A stretch of DNA of 64,000 nt from an uncultured bacterium (GTDB lineage: Bacteria > Babelota > Babeliae > Babelales > RVW-14). Positions 20,126 to 30,723 of the stretch are shown here, one piece after another. The DNA is taken from assembly GCA_963759805.1 (NCBI GenBank), contig CAVXAT010000005.1, positions 32,001 to 96,000 on the forward strand. The letters are read 5' to 3'. The translations under genes were made by a program, and so were the position numbers. Numbering within the stretch: position 1 is the first letter of the stretch; every line of letters starts with the position of its first letter. The notes under the pieces are model-generated. The model searched no databases. It saw only the letters and a program-made list of their open reading frames with translations, and was not told where the DNA came from.

Positions 20126-20371
20126 ATGTCAAAATTAATGAGAATTAGCGATTTATCTGCAACCAATCTCGAATCATTAAGCAAGCTCACCGGCCAATCC
20201 AAGCAAAGGATTTTAGATAAAGCAATCACGCTTTACACTTACGAACAAAAATTAAAAAAAGCAAATGAACAATATGCTACTTTAAAAAAGGATTCCCGAG
20301 CTTGGAAGAAAATGCAAGACGAACATAAGGATTGGGATGCCACACTTGCCGACGGGCTTAAGGATGATTAA
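20126..20371 (+). CDS. Antitoxin of the MazF/PemK module
   Basis: 81 aa, RHH-like N-terminus, C-terminal WDATLADGL; overlaps the toxin start. Confidence 0.8.
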   Translation: MSKLMRISDLSATNLESLSKLTGQSKQRILDKAITLYTYEQKLKKANEQYATLKKDSRAWKKMQDEHKDWDATLADGLKDD

Positions 20372-20729
20372 TCCTAAAAATCTTATTCGTGGGTCAGTTT
20401 GGCTTGTTGATTTAGATCCAACAGTAGGGCATGAACAAGCCAAGATGCGACCATGCCTTGTTATTAGCGCCAATACATACAATCATGGATGTGCTGGGCT
20501 TGCTGTTATTATGCCAATAACCTCTTGTTACCGTGAGCTCTATTGGAACGTCTCCATAAATCCCCCCGAAGGCGGCCTTAATAAAAAATCATATGTAATC
20601 TGTGATCAGGTCCGCAGTCTCTCGCTGATGCGCTTTTCAACAAAATGGCTTGGGTTTGTAAATGACTATACCATGGAGCAAATTGAAGAACGATTAAAAG
20701 TACTATTTTATCTTGTACCCAAAGAGTAA
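20364..20729 (+). CDS. mazF: PemK/MazF family endoribonuclease toxin
   Basis: RGSVWLVDLDPTVGHEQAKMRPCLVIS, MPITS, CDQVRSLS. Confidence 0.92.
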   Translation: MINPKNLIRGSVWLVDLDPTVGHEQAKMRPCLVISANTYNHGCAGLAVIMPITSCYRELYWNVSINPPEGGLNKKSYVICDQVRSLSLMRFSTKWLGFVNDYTMEQIEERLKVLFYLVPKE

Positions 20730-20819
20730 GTTTTTTCGAATTCGCACAAAACAGTAATTTAATAGTTAAGGTACAATAATTATTATAATTTTTAAAAATT
20801 GCCCATAAAGGAGTTTGCC

Positions 20820-22547
20820 ATGCCAAAACTATTGCCAATCGGCATTGATGATTTTAAAGACTTAAGAACAGGCGGCTATCACTATGTTGATAAAAGCCTT
20901 TTCATCAAAGAATTAATTGGTGCTGGACCAAGCAAGGTCACTCTCATCCCACGCCCACGCAGATTTGGCAAAACCCTTAACATGACCATGCTTAAATACT
21001 TTTTCGAGAAACCTAAAAAAAACCACTCCCATCCGCAGCTTTTTGACAATCTTGAGATCAGTAAGCATCCCGAATGCATGAAACATCAGGGGCAGTATCC
21101 GGTAATCTATCTGACATTTAAAGACATTAAGAGTGACACATGGGAAACCTGTTATGATAAACTAAAAAAATGTATCGAGGCGGAATTTGAACGTCACAGT
21201 TACCTTCTACAAGAGAATGTGCTTACAAAACAACAACGAGAAGATTTTAACCAGATTGTAAATCAAACAGCTTCGCAAGCGGCTTTTGAAAATTCATTAG
21301 AAAATTTATCATTTTATCTACAAAAACATCACAACTCAAAGGCCATCATTCTTCTTGATGAATACGATTCACCAATTCACGCAGGCTTCGTACACGGGTA
21401 CTATGAAAAGGTTATCTCTTTTATGCGCGGGTTTATGTGCGCAGGACTCAAGGGAAATGTAAATCTTGCCTATGGCGTAGTCACGGGCATCCTGCGTGTA
21501 GCAAAAGAGAGCATTTTTTCGGGCATGAATAATCTCAATGTTCACACGCTATTGAGTGACCACTATGCCGATAAGTTCGGCTTTACAGAGCAAGAGGTAA
21601 AAAACCTTCTCGCAGTATATCAGCTATCATCAAAACTTGATGCCGTGCGTACGTGGTATAATGGCTATCGCCTTGGACAACCAACCCATTCGACCTCGCC
21701 CCAAGTGGACGATCACTATTCTTTTACCATGATCTATAATCCATGGTCTTTACTTAACTTTGTACAAAATCATGGCACATTTGGAGCCTACTGGGTCAAC
21801 ACAAGCGACAATAAAATTATCCAGGACCTGATTCGAAAAGCCTCAGAAGATGTCAAAAAAGATTTTGAGCTTATTTTTGCCGAAAAATCCATCACTAAAA
21901 TAATAGCCGAAGACATCTCTTTCCCGTCAGTTTACACAGATTCGGATGCCCTTTGGTCATTTTTGGTATTTAGTGGATACCTAACCTGGAAATCCCGTGA
22001 ACTAATGCAAGTTAGGTGCCATGCTGATCTTATTGCGCCTAATTTTGAGGTACTTGATTGTCTTAAAAGACTTGTTAGCCAATGGTTTACAGAATCAATT
22101 GGAGGCGGTGCTTACAAAAACATGCTTAGCGCATTAAATCAAGGAGATGTCCCATCATTTAAACGTTTTTTTAAGCAAAGCGTCATTGATCATTTGAGTT
22201 ATTTTGACATTACAGGACACACGCCGGAGCGTATTTATCACGCATATGTTTTGGGCATGCTAGTTGGTTTGAGCGCTACCCATGAAGTCAAATCCAATCG
22301 TGAAAGTGGCCTTGGCCGCTATGATGTCTGCATTATTCCTAAAGATCAATCCAAACCGGGTACCATCATCGAATTTAAAGCATTTAATCCAGAAGAAGAT
22401 AGGGATCTAGACGCCGCGGCACAAGGCGCACTTGCTCAGATTGAAGAAAAACTTTATGAATCAGAACTGCGTTCGCGTGGAATACAAAAAATCATTAAGA
22501 TCGCAATTGTTTTTGAGGGCAAAAAAGTTCTTATTGTTTCAAAATGA
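20820..22547 (+). CDS. AAA-ATPase-like plus PD-(D/E)XK nuclease (DUF1703-type) protein
   Basis: LPIGIDDF, YVDKS, RPRRFGKTL, LLDEYDSP, SNRESGLGRYD, IIEFK, ALAQIEEKLY. Confidence 0.92.
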   Translation: MPKLLPIGIDDFKDLRTGGYHYVDKSLFIKELIGAGPSKVTLIPRPRRFGKTLNMTMLKYFFEKPKKNHSHPQLFDNLEISKHPECMKHQGQYPVIYLTFKDIKSDTWETCYDKLKKCIEAEFERHSYLLQENVLTKQQREDFNQIVNQTASQAAFENSLENLSFYLQKHHNSKAIILLDEYDSPIHAGFVHGYYEKVISFMRGFMCAGLKGNVNLAYGVVTGILRVAKESIFSGMNNLNVHTLLSDHYADKFGFTEQEVKNLLAVYQLSSKLDAVRTWYNGYRLGQPTHSTSPQVDDHYSFTMIYNPWSLLNFVQNHGTFGAYWVNTSDNKIIQDLIRKASEDVKKDFELIFAEKSITKIIAEDISFPSVYTDSDALWSFLVFSGYLTWKSRELMQVRCHADLIAPNFEVLDCLKRLVSQWFTESIGGGAYKNMLSALNQGDVPSFKRFFKQSVIDHLSYFDITGHTPERIYHAYVLGMLVGLSATHEVKSNRESGLGRYDVCIIPKDQSKPGTIIEFKAFNPEEDRDLDAAAQGALAQIEEKLYESELRSRGIQKIIKIAIVFEGKKVLIVSK

Positions 22548-22566
22548 GGCGAAGCCTCACAAAACT

Positions 22567-23832
22567 TTAATTCAATAATTGATAAATAGATTCAATAATT
22601 TTTATCTGATTCTGAATAGTAAAATGTTGGACACAAAAATTGTATCCAGCTTCACCCATTTTTATGTTTAAATCTTTATCCGTAAGCAGCAAAAACAACT
22701 TATCAGCCCATGCATCGATGTCTTGCGGATCGATCAGATATCCTGTTTGATTGTTGATAACAAGTTCATCCAGCGGTGCAAGATCTGAAGCAATGACCGG
22801 TTTTTTCATAAAACCGGCTTCAATAATTGGCCGGGCAAAATGGCCAACTGTGGCCGGAAAAACAATCACATCACTTGCGGCCATTGCTTGCGGAATGTTT
22901 TGTATCGGGCCTAGTAAAACAACAGAATCTTTTATTTTTTCCAAAATATCGGAAACTTCTAATTTAAATTTATAAGCAGGAAAAAATTTCTTACAAAAAG
23001 ATACGCTATTTAAATCTAAATCAAAATATCCAGCCACAAGCAATTTTACTTCTGTCAGATTAGTTTTTGGCAACTGCTTCAAAACTTTTTCAAATGCTTT
23101 GAATATTACAAGTGTGCCTTTTTCTTGGGAAAGCCCGCCCAGAAATAAAATTTGGGGGGATAAAGGAACCCGCTCGCATCCTTCGAGCCGCCTTCGCCCA
23201 GGTGGCTCCGGCGCCCAGGCAAGCTGGCTGCTCATCAGATTAAAATCAAATTTTCTTGGATCTACGGCGTTGTAAACGACATGCATCTTGGGGTTGTTTT
23301 TCCAGGGCAAAGCATCATGCTTACAAATTGGCAAAATCTTACTTGAATATTTAGCCACATATTTTTGGATAATCCACTTTCTAAATCCAAAATATCCATC
23401 TGCAAGTGGCTCGCGCACATGCCATATCACCGGAATGCCTTTTTTATAAGCAACTTTTCCCCAGGCGATTAACGAACTGGTATTCAGATGAATAATATCC
23501 GGCTTTATCTTATCAAACCAGTAACTCGCTATAGAATGCTCTGTTCTAAGTGTATCCCATACTGACCGTAAAAAATACGGGAAGTGATACCAAGTAAACC
23601 ACCAAATCTTTGTGTGCGAAAAATCGTAGCGATCAACAATGCCCGCCACTTCAATACCGTTCTGCTTATAAAGCTCTACAATTTGTGAATTATGCAAAAA
23701 TAAAACCACAGGATGATACTTATCTTTATCCAGTGCGTTAATTAAAAGCAAAAGGCTGAGAGGCGCGCCTCCCAGGCCTTTGCCGTGATGAATGTATAAA
23801 ATCTTTTTTTTGTTCACAAAGTCTTTGCTCAC
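22567..23832 (-). CDS. GT4 glycosyltransferase containing an in-frame palindromic insert
   Basis: LGGAPLSL, WHVRE, EKG, FARPIIEAGFMKKPVIAS. Confidence 0.9.
   Translation of the reverse strand: MSKDFVNKKKILYIHHGKGLGGAPLSLLLLINALDKDKYHPVVLFLHNSQIVELYKQNGIEVAGIVDRYDFSHTKIWWFTWYHFPYFLRSVWDTLRTEHSIASYWFDKIKPDIIHLNTSSLIAWGKVAYKKGIPVIWHVREPLADGYFGFRKWIIQKYVAKYSSKILPICKHDALPWKNNPKMHVVYNAVDPRKFDFNLMSSQLAWAPEPPGRRRLEGCERVPLSPQILFLGGLSQEKGTLVIFKAFEKVLKQLPKTNLTEVKLLVAGYFDLDLNSVSFCKKFFPAYKFKLEVSDILEKIKDSVVLLGPIQNIPQAMAASDVIVFPATVGHFARPIIEAGFMKKPVIASDLAPLDELVINNQTGYLIDPQDIDAWADKLFLLLTDKDLNIKMGEAGYNFCVQHFTIQNQIKIIESIYQLLN
23167..23235. repeat. GC-rich palindromic (REP/RPE-like) element inside a CDS
   Basis: gccttcgcccaggtggctccggcgcccaggcaag matches intergenic gcctacgccctgtcgtggctacggcgaggcaggcaag at 27639-27675. 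Confidence 0.7.
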
Positions 23833-23843
23833 GAATTCTTTGC

Positions 23844-25238
23844 TTACAGAATTTCTTCTTTCTGTGCCAATTCTTTTTGTGCCACTAACTCTTTTTCTAT
23901 ATTTTGTGTAAGAGAATTACGTCCAATACAAAAATACTTAATTCCCGAATACGACATATCAATAGGATCAAAGCAGTTGCGTCCATCAAAAACCACTTTT
24001 TCTTTCAAAACATTAAAGTCTGCAGGTTTGTATTTGAAAAACTCTTTCCATTCAGTAAGAATAATTAAACTGTCACACTGTTCAAGAACCTCTTTTGACA
24101 TTTTTGCATAACTTACTTGATGGCCAAATAACTCTCTAAAATTTTCCATTGCAACCGGATCATATACCGTAATTTTAGCCCCATTTTTGAGCAGTATTTT
24201 CACAATATCAATCGACGGAGCACAACGTAAATCATCTGTTTCAGGCTTGAAGGCAAGTCCCCATATTCCAAGATGTTTTTTTGAAATTGTGTCCCCAAAA
24301 TATTTTAATATCTGTTGAGCAAACGCAAACCTTTGATTATCGTTTACATCTTCTACAGCTTGAATTATAGACATTGGACAATCATACTCCAAGCCCGTTG
24401 CAGCCAAAGCCTTAACATCTTTGGGAAAGCAACTTCCACCATATCCTATTCCGGCATTTAGGAAGAATGGGCCGATTCGCCTATCTTTTGCCATTCCGTT
24501 TTTTATCTGATTAATATCAGCCCCAACTTTTTTAGCAAGATTTGCAAGCTCGTTCATGAAGCTAATTCGCGTTGCCAGCATGGCATTAGAGGCATATTTG
24601 GTCAGTTCAGATGATTGAACATCCATAACTAACAACTGATCTTGATTTTTTATAAATGGTGAATAGATACGGGTTAAAAGATCTTGTGCTCGCATGCTTT
24701 GCACGCCAATTACAATTCTATCGGGGTGCAGGAAATCATTGACTGCATCCCCCTCCTTTAAAAACTCTGGATTTGATGCAACGTCAAACTCAACGGATAC
24801 TCCACGATCTGCAAGCTGTGTATCAATTACCCGCTTAACTTTTTGCGCAGCACCAACCGGAACGGTTGATTTGTTCACAATAAGGCAGTATTGCGTAATA
24901 TTTTTACCAACCTCCAAGGCAACCTGTAAGACATAAGAAAGATCGGCTGACCCATCCTCGTGGGGAGGAGTCCCAACACATGAAAAAATAACTTCCGGTC
25001 TTTGCGCAAGAGCCTCTTTTATGGTGCTAACAAATAAAATTTTTTTATTATTAATATTCTCTTTAACAAGTTCATCCAAGCCGGGTTCATAGAATGGAAC
25101 TTGTCCATTTAGCAAAGCATTGATCTTGCTTTGGTTATTTTCGACAATTGTCACAAAATAACCCTTTTGAGCAAGGCATGTACCCGTTACCAATCCCACA
25201 TACCCAGCTCCAACAACCGCAATTTTAACCACTTTCAT
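23844..25238 (-). CDS. ugd: UDP-glucose 6-dehydrogenase
   Basis: GAGYVGL, NKSTVPVG, SNPEFLKEG, GYGGSCFPKD, LAFKPETDDLR. Confidence 0.95.
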   Translation of the reverse strand: MKVVKIAVVGAGYVGLVTGTCLAQKGYFVTIVENNQSKINALLNGQVPFYEPGLDELVKENINNKKILFVSTIKEALAQRPEVIFSCVGTPPHEDGSADLSYVLQVALEVGKNITQYCLIVNKSTVPVGAAQKVKRVIDTQLADRGVSVEFDVASNPEFLKEGDAVNDFLHPDRIVIGVQSMRAQDLLTRIYSPFIKNQDQLLVMDVQSSELTKYASNAMLATRISFMNELANLAKKVGADINQIKNGMAKDRRIGPFFLNAGIGYGGSCFPKDVKALAATGLEYDCPMSIIQAVEDVNDNQRFAFAQQILKYFGDTISKKHLGIWGLAFKPETDDLRCAPSIDIVKILLKNGAKITVYDPVAMENFRELFGHQVSYAKMSKEVLEQCDSLIILTEWKEFFKYKPADFNVLKEKVVFDGRNCFDPIDMSYSGIKYFCIGRNSLTQNIEKELVAQKELAQKEEIL

Positions 25239-26385
25239 CTCCCTTCATTATGTCAATCCAAAATCTATAAGTTTTATCAGCTATCGCTTGGTGAGAATAC
25301 CGCTCAAGCGCTCTGAGATACCCTTTATTACCTAACGCTACTCTTAAAGATTCATCTAACATTAACCGATTTAAAGCCTGCTGCAAAGATTCTACATTTT
25401 TCTGTTCAAATATTAAACCAACACCTGAAATAACGTTTGGAATTTCACCGGCATCACTACCTATAATAGGAATCTTACACGCCATCGCCTCAATCAAAAC
25501 ATGACCAAACTGTTCGCGCCATCCATCAAGATCAAAAGACGGCAAAACCAAAATATCTAAATCTTGCACAAAAGTTGCAACTTGATCATGGGGAACGGTT
25601 TCTTGAATACAAACTTGAGCTTGAAGATTTTTTGCACAAATTTGTTCATGCAATTTATCACAACACGGACCACGACCAAGATAAATTAGACGCCAATTAG
25701 CATGCTTTGCACTTACATTTGCAAATGCATCAAGCAGTGTAAATATCCCCTTTTCTTCAACAAGTCGCCCAATAAAGCCAACTGTTTTAATTTTTTTATT
25801 CTGCTTTTGTGCCGGTTTAAAAACGGTTGTATCTACGCCAAGCTGCGGCAAAATGCAAATTTTACGACCAAACCCCTTATCTCTTAGAATCTTTGCGGCA
25901 TCAACATTTCCAACAAGCGCACCCTGCGAGCTTTTTAAATTAAATTTTTCAACCCAAGACCAGAATAATTTATACTTTAATGAAAATTTTTGTCGCCAGT
26001 TTATCCAGGTAAAAAAAACATTTTTTGTTTTTAGTCCCAATAATTTTGAAAAAAGTAGGCACTGCAGATAACTAAAAGCGTTATCACCCTGCTCCACGTG
26101 AATTAAATCTGGCCTGAATGTTTTTATGAGCTTAAATAGTTTTTTAAAAGCATACCCATACAACACCTCATTGCCAGATTTAAATGTACACATTGATATA
26201 AATTTGCAATTTGGTAAATCAAAAATACTAAGATCAGGCTCGACTTTGTGATTAAAAAGAGTTGCCCGCCACTGCTTTGGAAACAAAACATTTATCTGAA
26301 TATTAGGATATAGCGATGCAAAAACTTGCCACTTTTTTCTATTTATTGGGGTTATATAAGTATGACTAACAACCAGAACTCTCAT
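25225..26385 (-). CDS. GT4 glycosyltransferase
   Basis: GFIGRLVEEKG, EQFGHVLIEAMACKIPIIGS. Confidence 0.92.
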   Translation of the reverse strand: MRVLVVSHTYITPINRKKWQVFASLYPNIQINVLFPKQWRATLFNHKVEPDLSIFDLPNCKFISMCTFKSGNEVLYGYAFKKLFKLIKTFRPDLIHVEQGDNAFSYLQCLLFSKLLGLKTKNVFFTWINWRQKFSLKYKLFWSWVEKFNLKSSQGALVGNVDAAKILRDKGFGRKICILPQLGVDTTVFKPAQKQNKKIKTVGFIGRLVEEKGIFTLLDAFANVSAKHANWRLIYLGRGPCCDKLHEQICAKNLQAQVCIQETVPHDQVATFVQDLDILVLPSFDLDGWREQFGHVLIEAMACKIPIIGSDAGEIPNVISGVGLIFEQKNVESLQQALNRLMLDESLRVALGNKGYLRALERYSHQAIADKTYRFWIDIMKGDESG

Positions 26386-26568
26386 AATACAAATACCTTT
26401 TTATGAAAAAATTATAGCAATAAACAGAATTAATGCTAACTTTATTAGCGAAAAAAGCCATTTGCATAATATCCTTGAAAAATTCATTTTGTATGATAGG
26501 ATTTTACTTCGTAGTTGTTTGGTTAAGATTTTTGGGACGTTTATTTTTTATTCGAGGAGTGAATTTTT

Positions 26569-27609
26569 ATGAAGAGTAACAGATTGTCTTTGCTTATTAA
26601 GGGATCTGCTCTGATTCTAACGGTTAGTTTACTTCCAGGTTGCAAATATTTGGATTTCTTTAAAAAGAAAGAGGCTGAAAAAACCGAAACGGCTGAGGCA
26701 AAAGCAGCTGATGAGGGATTGGTACTTTGTTCTATCAATGGAAAAGCTGTAATCAAGAAAAGTGATTTCGATAAACGTGTAACACAGATGCTTCAAGCCA
26801 ACCCATACTTCAGGGGTGCCGGCGCAGATATGCTTCCATTAAATGTAAAACGTAAATTCCTAGATAGACTGGTTGAAGAAGAGCTCTTTGTACTTGATGC
26901 AGACAAACAGAATATTGAAAGAGAAGCCGAATTTCAAAAGAACCTCAAGGAGATGGTTGACCTTGTAACCCGTTCTCTTAAGATCCAGTTCAGAGAAAAG
27001 AAAATTTACGATGAAACAAAAGTGGCAGAAGACCAAGCCAAAAAATACTTTGAAGAACATAAATCCCAGTACGTAAAAGTAGCAGGCGGAACACTCACAA
27101 GTGGTATCAAATTTGATACAGACACCGCTGCAAACACTTTCTTGGCAAAGGCAAAAGCAAGCGTAAATGACTTTGAGAAGCTTGCAAAACAGACAAAATC
27201 CGGCAAATTCAGAGAATTTGGCAGAGTAGGACAAGAAGCAACCAATAATCAGAATATGGGAATGGAAGCAGTTCCAGCTCCTATTAAAGAAGCGGTACTT
27301 GCACTGCATAATTTACCAGCAATAGAAAAAGTAAAAGTTGGTAAAGAGATCTGGGTTGTTAAGGCATCTGATAAAAAAGATTCAGTCTTCTTTGATTTTG
27401 AAGAGGTAAAACCACAAGTAGAAGCAATGATCAAGAACAACGAATTCAGAAGCAAGCTCACATCAGAAATTGAAAAATTGAAAGCTGAATACAAAATAAC
27501 AGTCAACGAAGATTTCTTTAAAGATGTCAAACAGGCAGCAGAACAAGCAGCCGCAGGAGCAGAACAGAAACCTGAAGAAGCTCCAGCAGAAACTGCACAG
27601 GCTGCATAA
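26569..27609 (+). CDS. SurA/PrsA-like lipoprotein chaperone (degenerate parvulin)
   Basis: Lipobox-like LLPGC, INGKAVIKKSDF, LDRLVEEELF, FEEVKPQV, LKAEYKITVN. Confidence 0.75.
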   Translation: MKSNRLSLLIKGSALILTVSLLPGCKYLDFFKKKEAEKTETAEAKAADEGLVLCSINGKAVIKKSDFDKRVTQMLQANPYFRGAGADMLPLNVKRKFLDRLVEEELFVLDADKQNIEREAEFQKNLKEMVDLVTRSLKIQFREKKIYDETKVAEDQAKKYFEEHKSQYVKVAGGTLTSGIKFDTDTAANTFLAKAKASVNDFEKLAKQTKSGKFREFGRVGQEATNNQNMGMEAVPAPIKEAVLALHNLPAIEKVKVGKEIWVVKASDKKDSVFFDFEEVKPQVEAMIKNNEFRSKLTSEIEKLKAEYKITVNEDFFKDVKQAAEQAAAGAEQKPEEAPAETAQAA

Positions 27610-27616
27610 AATATGA

Positions 27617-27687
27617 TAATCCATGGATCCTGAAACCCGCCTACGCCCTGTCGTGGCTACGGCGAGGCAGGCAAGTTCAGGATGACA
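27617..27687. repeat. Composite palindromic repeat, copy 1
   Basis: TAATCCATGGATCCTGAAA...CAGGATGACA shell, identical ends at 56822-56891, with an internal GC-rich hairpin. Confidence 0.8.
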
Positions 27688-27701
27688 GGGTTCGAAAATA
27701 T

Positions 27702-27732
27702 AAAAAGGGAGTTGGTTACAACTCCCTTTTTT
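27702..27732. terminator. Bidirectional intrinsic terminator
   Basis: AAAAAGGGAGTTG-GTTA-CAACTCCCTTTTTT. Confidence 0.88.
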
Positions 27733-27800
27733 GTTATACTCAATTCTAGAAATTTTCGTTATTGATAGTCAAACTCAATGGAACTGCGACAGGAGAAGAG

Positions 27801-28754
27801 ATGTCTAGTTTAAGAAAAAAAAGTTTTAAAAAAGGTTATCTGTTTTGTATATTAAGTTTAATTGTTACTTTTAATAGTTTTGCAATTGAATCGACAGAAT
27901 CGACAGAATCGAAAAAACCTGCTATAGAAGCACCTGCTACAGAATTCCCCAAAAATTGGGTAATCGATAAAATAATTGTCTTGGTAAATGGAACAAAAAT
28001 TCTAAAATCAGACCTGGATAAGCCCAGAATTTCTAAAGATGGCAAAACATATAATTTAGATGAGTTAATTCAAGAAGAGCTACTTGTACAACGCTGTATA
28101 GATCGCCATATGTTACCAACTGAAACCGATGTCGACCGTCAAGTAGTAGCATTCAAGCTTCAAAATGGGTTAGGAGATCTGTCTACGGCTGACTTTGAAG
28201 AGGAACTAAAAAAATTCGGGTTCACACTAAAAGAGTATAAACTCCAAATCGGCAAATTGATTGCCTGTGAAAACATCAAGCGCATGGAGGTTACCGATAA
28301 GATTGTTGTAACATCGCAGGAAGTTGAAAATTACTATAATAACAACCCGGAAATAACACCTGAAGAGTATTATTTAAAGATGATTCCAGTAAAACAAGAA
28401 ACTCAGTCCAATCAAAACGCCAATCAAGACGAGACCAACAAAACAATTAACCCGGAGAAAAAAATCAACTTAAATCGAGCTGACACGGTTGATTTAAACT
28501 GGATCAAAAAAGAAGATCTGGACCCACGATTTGAATTTGTATTAACAATGAAAAAAGGTCAAATTTCTCAAGTCGTCAATGTTAACGATAAAGATTATGT
28601 TATCGAAGTCACCGATAAAAAAGAGAGCCGTAAAAAAATGCTAGATGAGCGGTACAGTGAGATAGAAAAACTGTTAATCAAAAAGAGACAGGAAAAACTT
28701 ATTAAGAATTTCGAAATCGATTTAAAGAAAAATTCAACAATAATTTATCTGTAA
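27801..28754 (+). CDS. SurA N-terminal domain chaperone
   Basis: Signal peptide, IDKIIVLVNGTKILKSDL, IVVTSQEVENYY, MKKGQIS. Confidence 0.75.
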   Translation: MSSLRKKSFKKGYLFCILSLIVTFNSFAIESTESTESKKPAIEAPATEFPKNWVIDKIIVLVNGTKILKSDLDKPRISKDGKTYNLDELIQEELLVQRCIDRHMLPTETDVDRQVVAFKLQNGLGDLSTADFEEELKKFGFTLKEYKLQIGKLIACENIKRMEVTDKIVVTSQEVENYYNNNPEITPEEYYLKMIPVKQETQSNQNANQDETNKTINPEKKINLNRADTVDLNWIKKEDLDPRFEFVLTMKKGQISQVVNVNDKDYVIEVTDKKESRKKMLDERYSEIEKLLIKKRQEKLIKNFEIDLKKNSTIIYL

Positions 28755-29248
28755 GAATCTACTTGAAAAATTTATATTTAGGCTAAAAAATCATTTTATC
28801 TAAAAAAATTTAATCTTGATCCTTATTTTTTTAATCGATACACCGAAACAATCAGCATATCCGACAATATTACAGTTATTTTTTTAAAAAAAGTAGAGCA
28901 TTTATCTTGAAAAATAAATTTGCATGAGCCTGCAAGCTTCCCCAAAAACAGACCCACCGCAACGCCGTCCCAATCGTACATTTAACACTGCCGCATACAA
29001 GTTACCAACAAAATTGTTGGTAACTTCATTTTCATGATGACAAATGAGCCTATTCAAAATCATTACTTTAAAATGTATCGAAACGATACATTTTAAAGAC
29101 AGCGCATCAGGTAACATTTTTGACCCGTTTTACATAATAATTACAAAAACGACACCTATTTTCATAAAATGTTGTTAGTCAAAAATGCTTAAATTTTGAA
29201 ATATAAAAATAATTTGGTAAGCTATAAAAGCTTAACTAGAGGGTTTTT

Positions 29249-30688
29249 ATGTTATTCGATAAAATATATCCGGTTACATGTCACACGGACCATGTCGGCC
29301 CTGGCTCAACCTTTGTTGCAATCAAGGGATTTAAAGACGATGGTCTAAAGTACATTCAGACTGCCATTGAAAAAGGTGCTACCAAAATTGTCCTGGATGA
29401 GTCATCACAAGTAACACACAAACAAACTGGAATCGAGTATCTCTTTGTAAAAGACACAAGAATTGCTCTGGCTGAACTTTGTGCACAGGCACTTGGAAAT
29501 CCAACAGAAAAATTAAAATTTATTGGTATTACCGGAACATCGGGCAAAACTACAACAACTTATCTTATTGATTATATTTTACGTGAAGCCGGATATAAAA
29601 CTGCGCTACTTGGATCGGTCAAAAACAGAATTTTAGACCAAGAAGAGGAAATTACTCTGACGACACAAAATAGTGACTATATCCAGATGTTTTGTGCTCA
29701 GTGTGTTAAAAAAGGTGTGCCTGTTGTCGTCATGGAAGTATCATCGCATGGGCTTGCCCTAAATCGGATTCACGGAATCAAATTTGACGTTGCGGGATTT
29801 ACAAATCTTAGCCCAGAGCATATGGATTTTCATCCCACAATGGAGCACTATCTTCAGACCAAATTGCAACTGTTTAAATATTTAAAAGATGATGGAATAG
29901 CCGTAATTAACACAGATAATCCATGGGGACTTACGGCTGCAACTGTTTTACATGACAATAATAACATAAGTAAAACCCCAAATTTTAAGATTATAACTTT
30001 TGGCCAAGCAGTACTTAACTCAAACCCAAATAACAAATTTTTTGAATTTCTGAAAAACAGCCTGCATGGCTTGAAAATCAAATTTACAAAACAGAATCAA
30101 ATAATTGAAACCAAAAAACTTCTTGGCGAATTCAATGGATACAACATTGCAATGGCGTCTCTTGCATGCAAATATTTCAATATCGCACCAGATAAAATAG
30201 CTCAAGCAATACAAAAATTTGCAGGCGTTCCGGGCAGAATGCAGTGCCATACATTGAAGAATGGCGCTCAAGCATTTGTTGATTACGCACACAAGCCCGA
30301 TGCATTTGAGAAAGTTTTAAAAAATCTTCGGCCACATACTCAAAATTTGATTGTTGTTTTTGGATGCGGTGGAAATCGTGACAAAACAAAGCGCCCTGTA
30401 ATGGGAAGCTCTGCGGCCAAATACGCTGATCTGATAATAGTCACAGACGACAATCCTCGTGATGAAGATCGTCAAACAATAGCCAATGAGATCCTGGCAG
30501 GGATATCTAAGGAAAAAATGGCTAACACTTTGTGCATTCTTGACCGCAAAGACGCCATCGAAAAGGCAGTAACTTTCGCCAAGTCCAACTCAATCATAGC
30601 AATCCTTGGCAAGGGACATGAAAATTATTACCTAATTCATGACCACAAGTATCATTTTGATGATTTTGAAGAGATAAGCAAATTTTAA
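29249..30688 (+). CDS. murE: UDP-MurNAc-tripeptide synthetase MurE (meso-DAP type)
   Basis: GITGTSGKTT, MEVSSHG, VDYAHKPD, FGCGGNRDKTKRP, DNPR, GKGHE. Confidence 0.96.
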   Translation: MLFDKIYPVTCHTDHVGPGSTFVAIKGFKDDGLKYIQTAIEKGATKIVLDESSQVTHKQTGIEYLFVKDTRIALAELCAQALGNPTEKLKFIGITGTSGKTTTTYLIDYILREAGYKTALLGSVKNRILDQEEEITLTTQNSDYIQMFCAQCVKKGVPVVVMEVSSHGLALNRIHGIKFDVAGFTNLSPEHMDFHPTMEHYLQTKLQLFKYLKDDGIAVINTDNPWGLTAATVLHDNNNISKTPNFKIITFGQAVLNSNPNNKFFEFLKNSLHGLKIKFTKQNQIIETKKLLGEFNGYNIAMASLACKYFNIAPDKIAQAIQKFAGVPGRMQCHTLKNGAQAFVDYAHKPDAFEKVLKNLRPHTQNLIVVFGCGGNRDKTKRPVMGSSAAKYADLIIVTDDNPRDEDRQTIANEILAGISKEKMANTLCILDRKDAIEKAVTFAKSNSIIAILGKGHENYYLIHDHKYHFDDFEEISKF

Positions 30689-30723
30689 CTAAAACATCTT
30701 TATACTTCTTGGGGGTTGCTGTT

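Noticed and set aside
20126..22547. TA module plus AAA/PD-(D/E)XK gene as a new defence system
   Set aside because: Both are common stand-alone families, and one adjacency is not evidence of a system.
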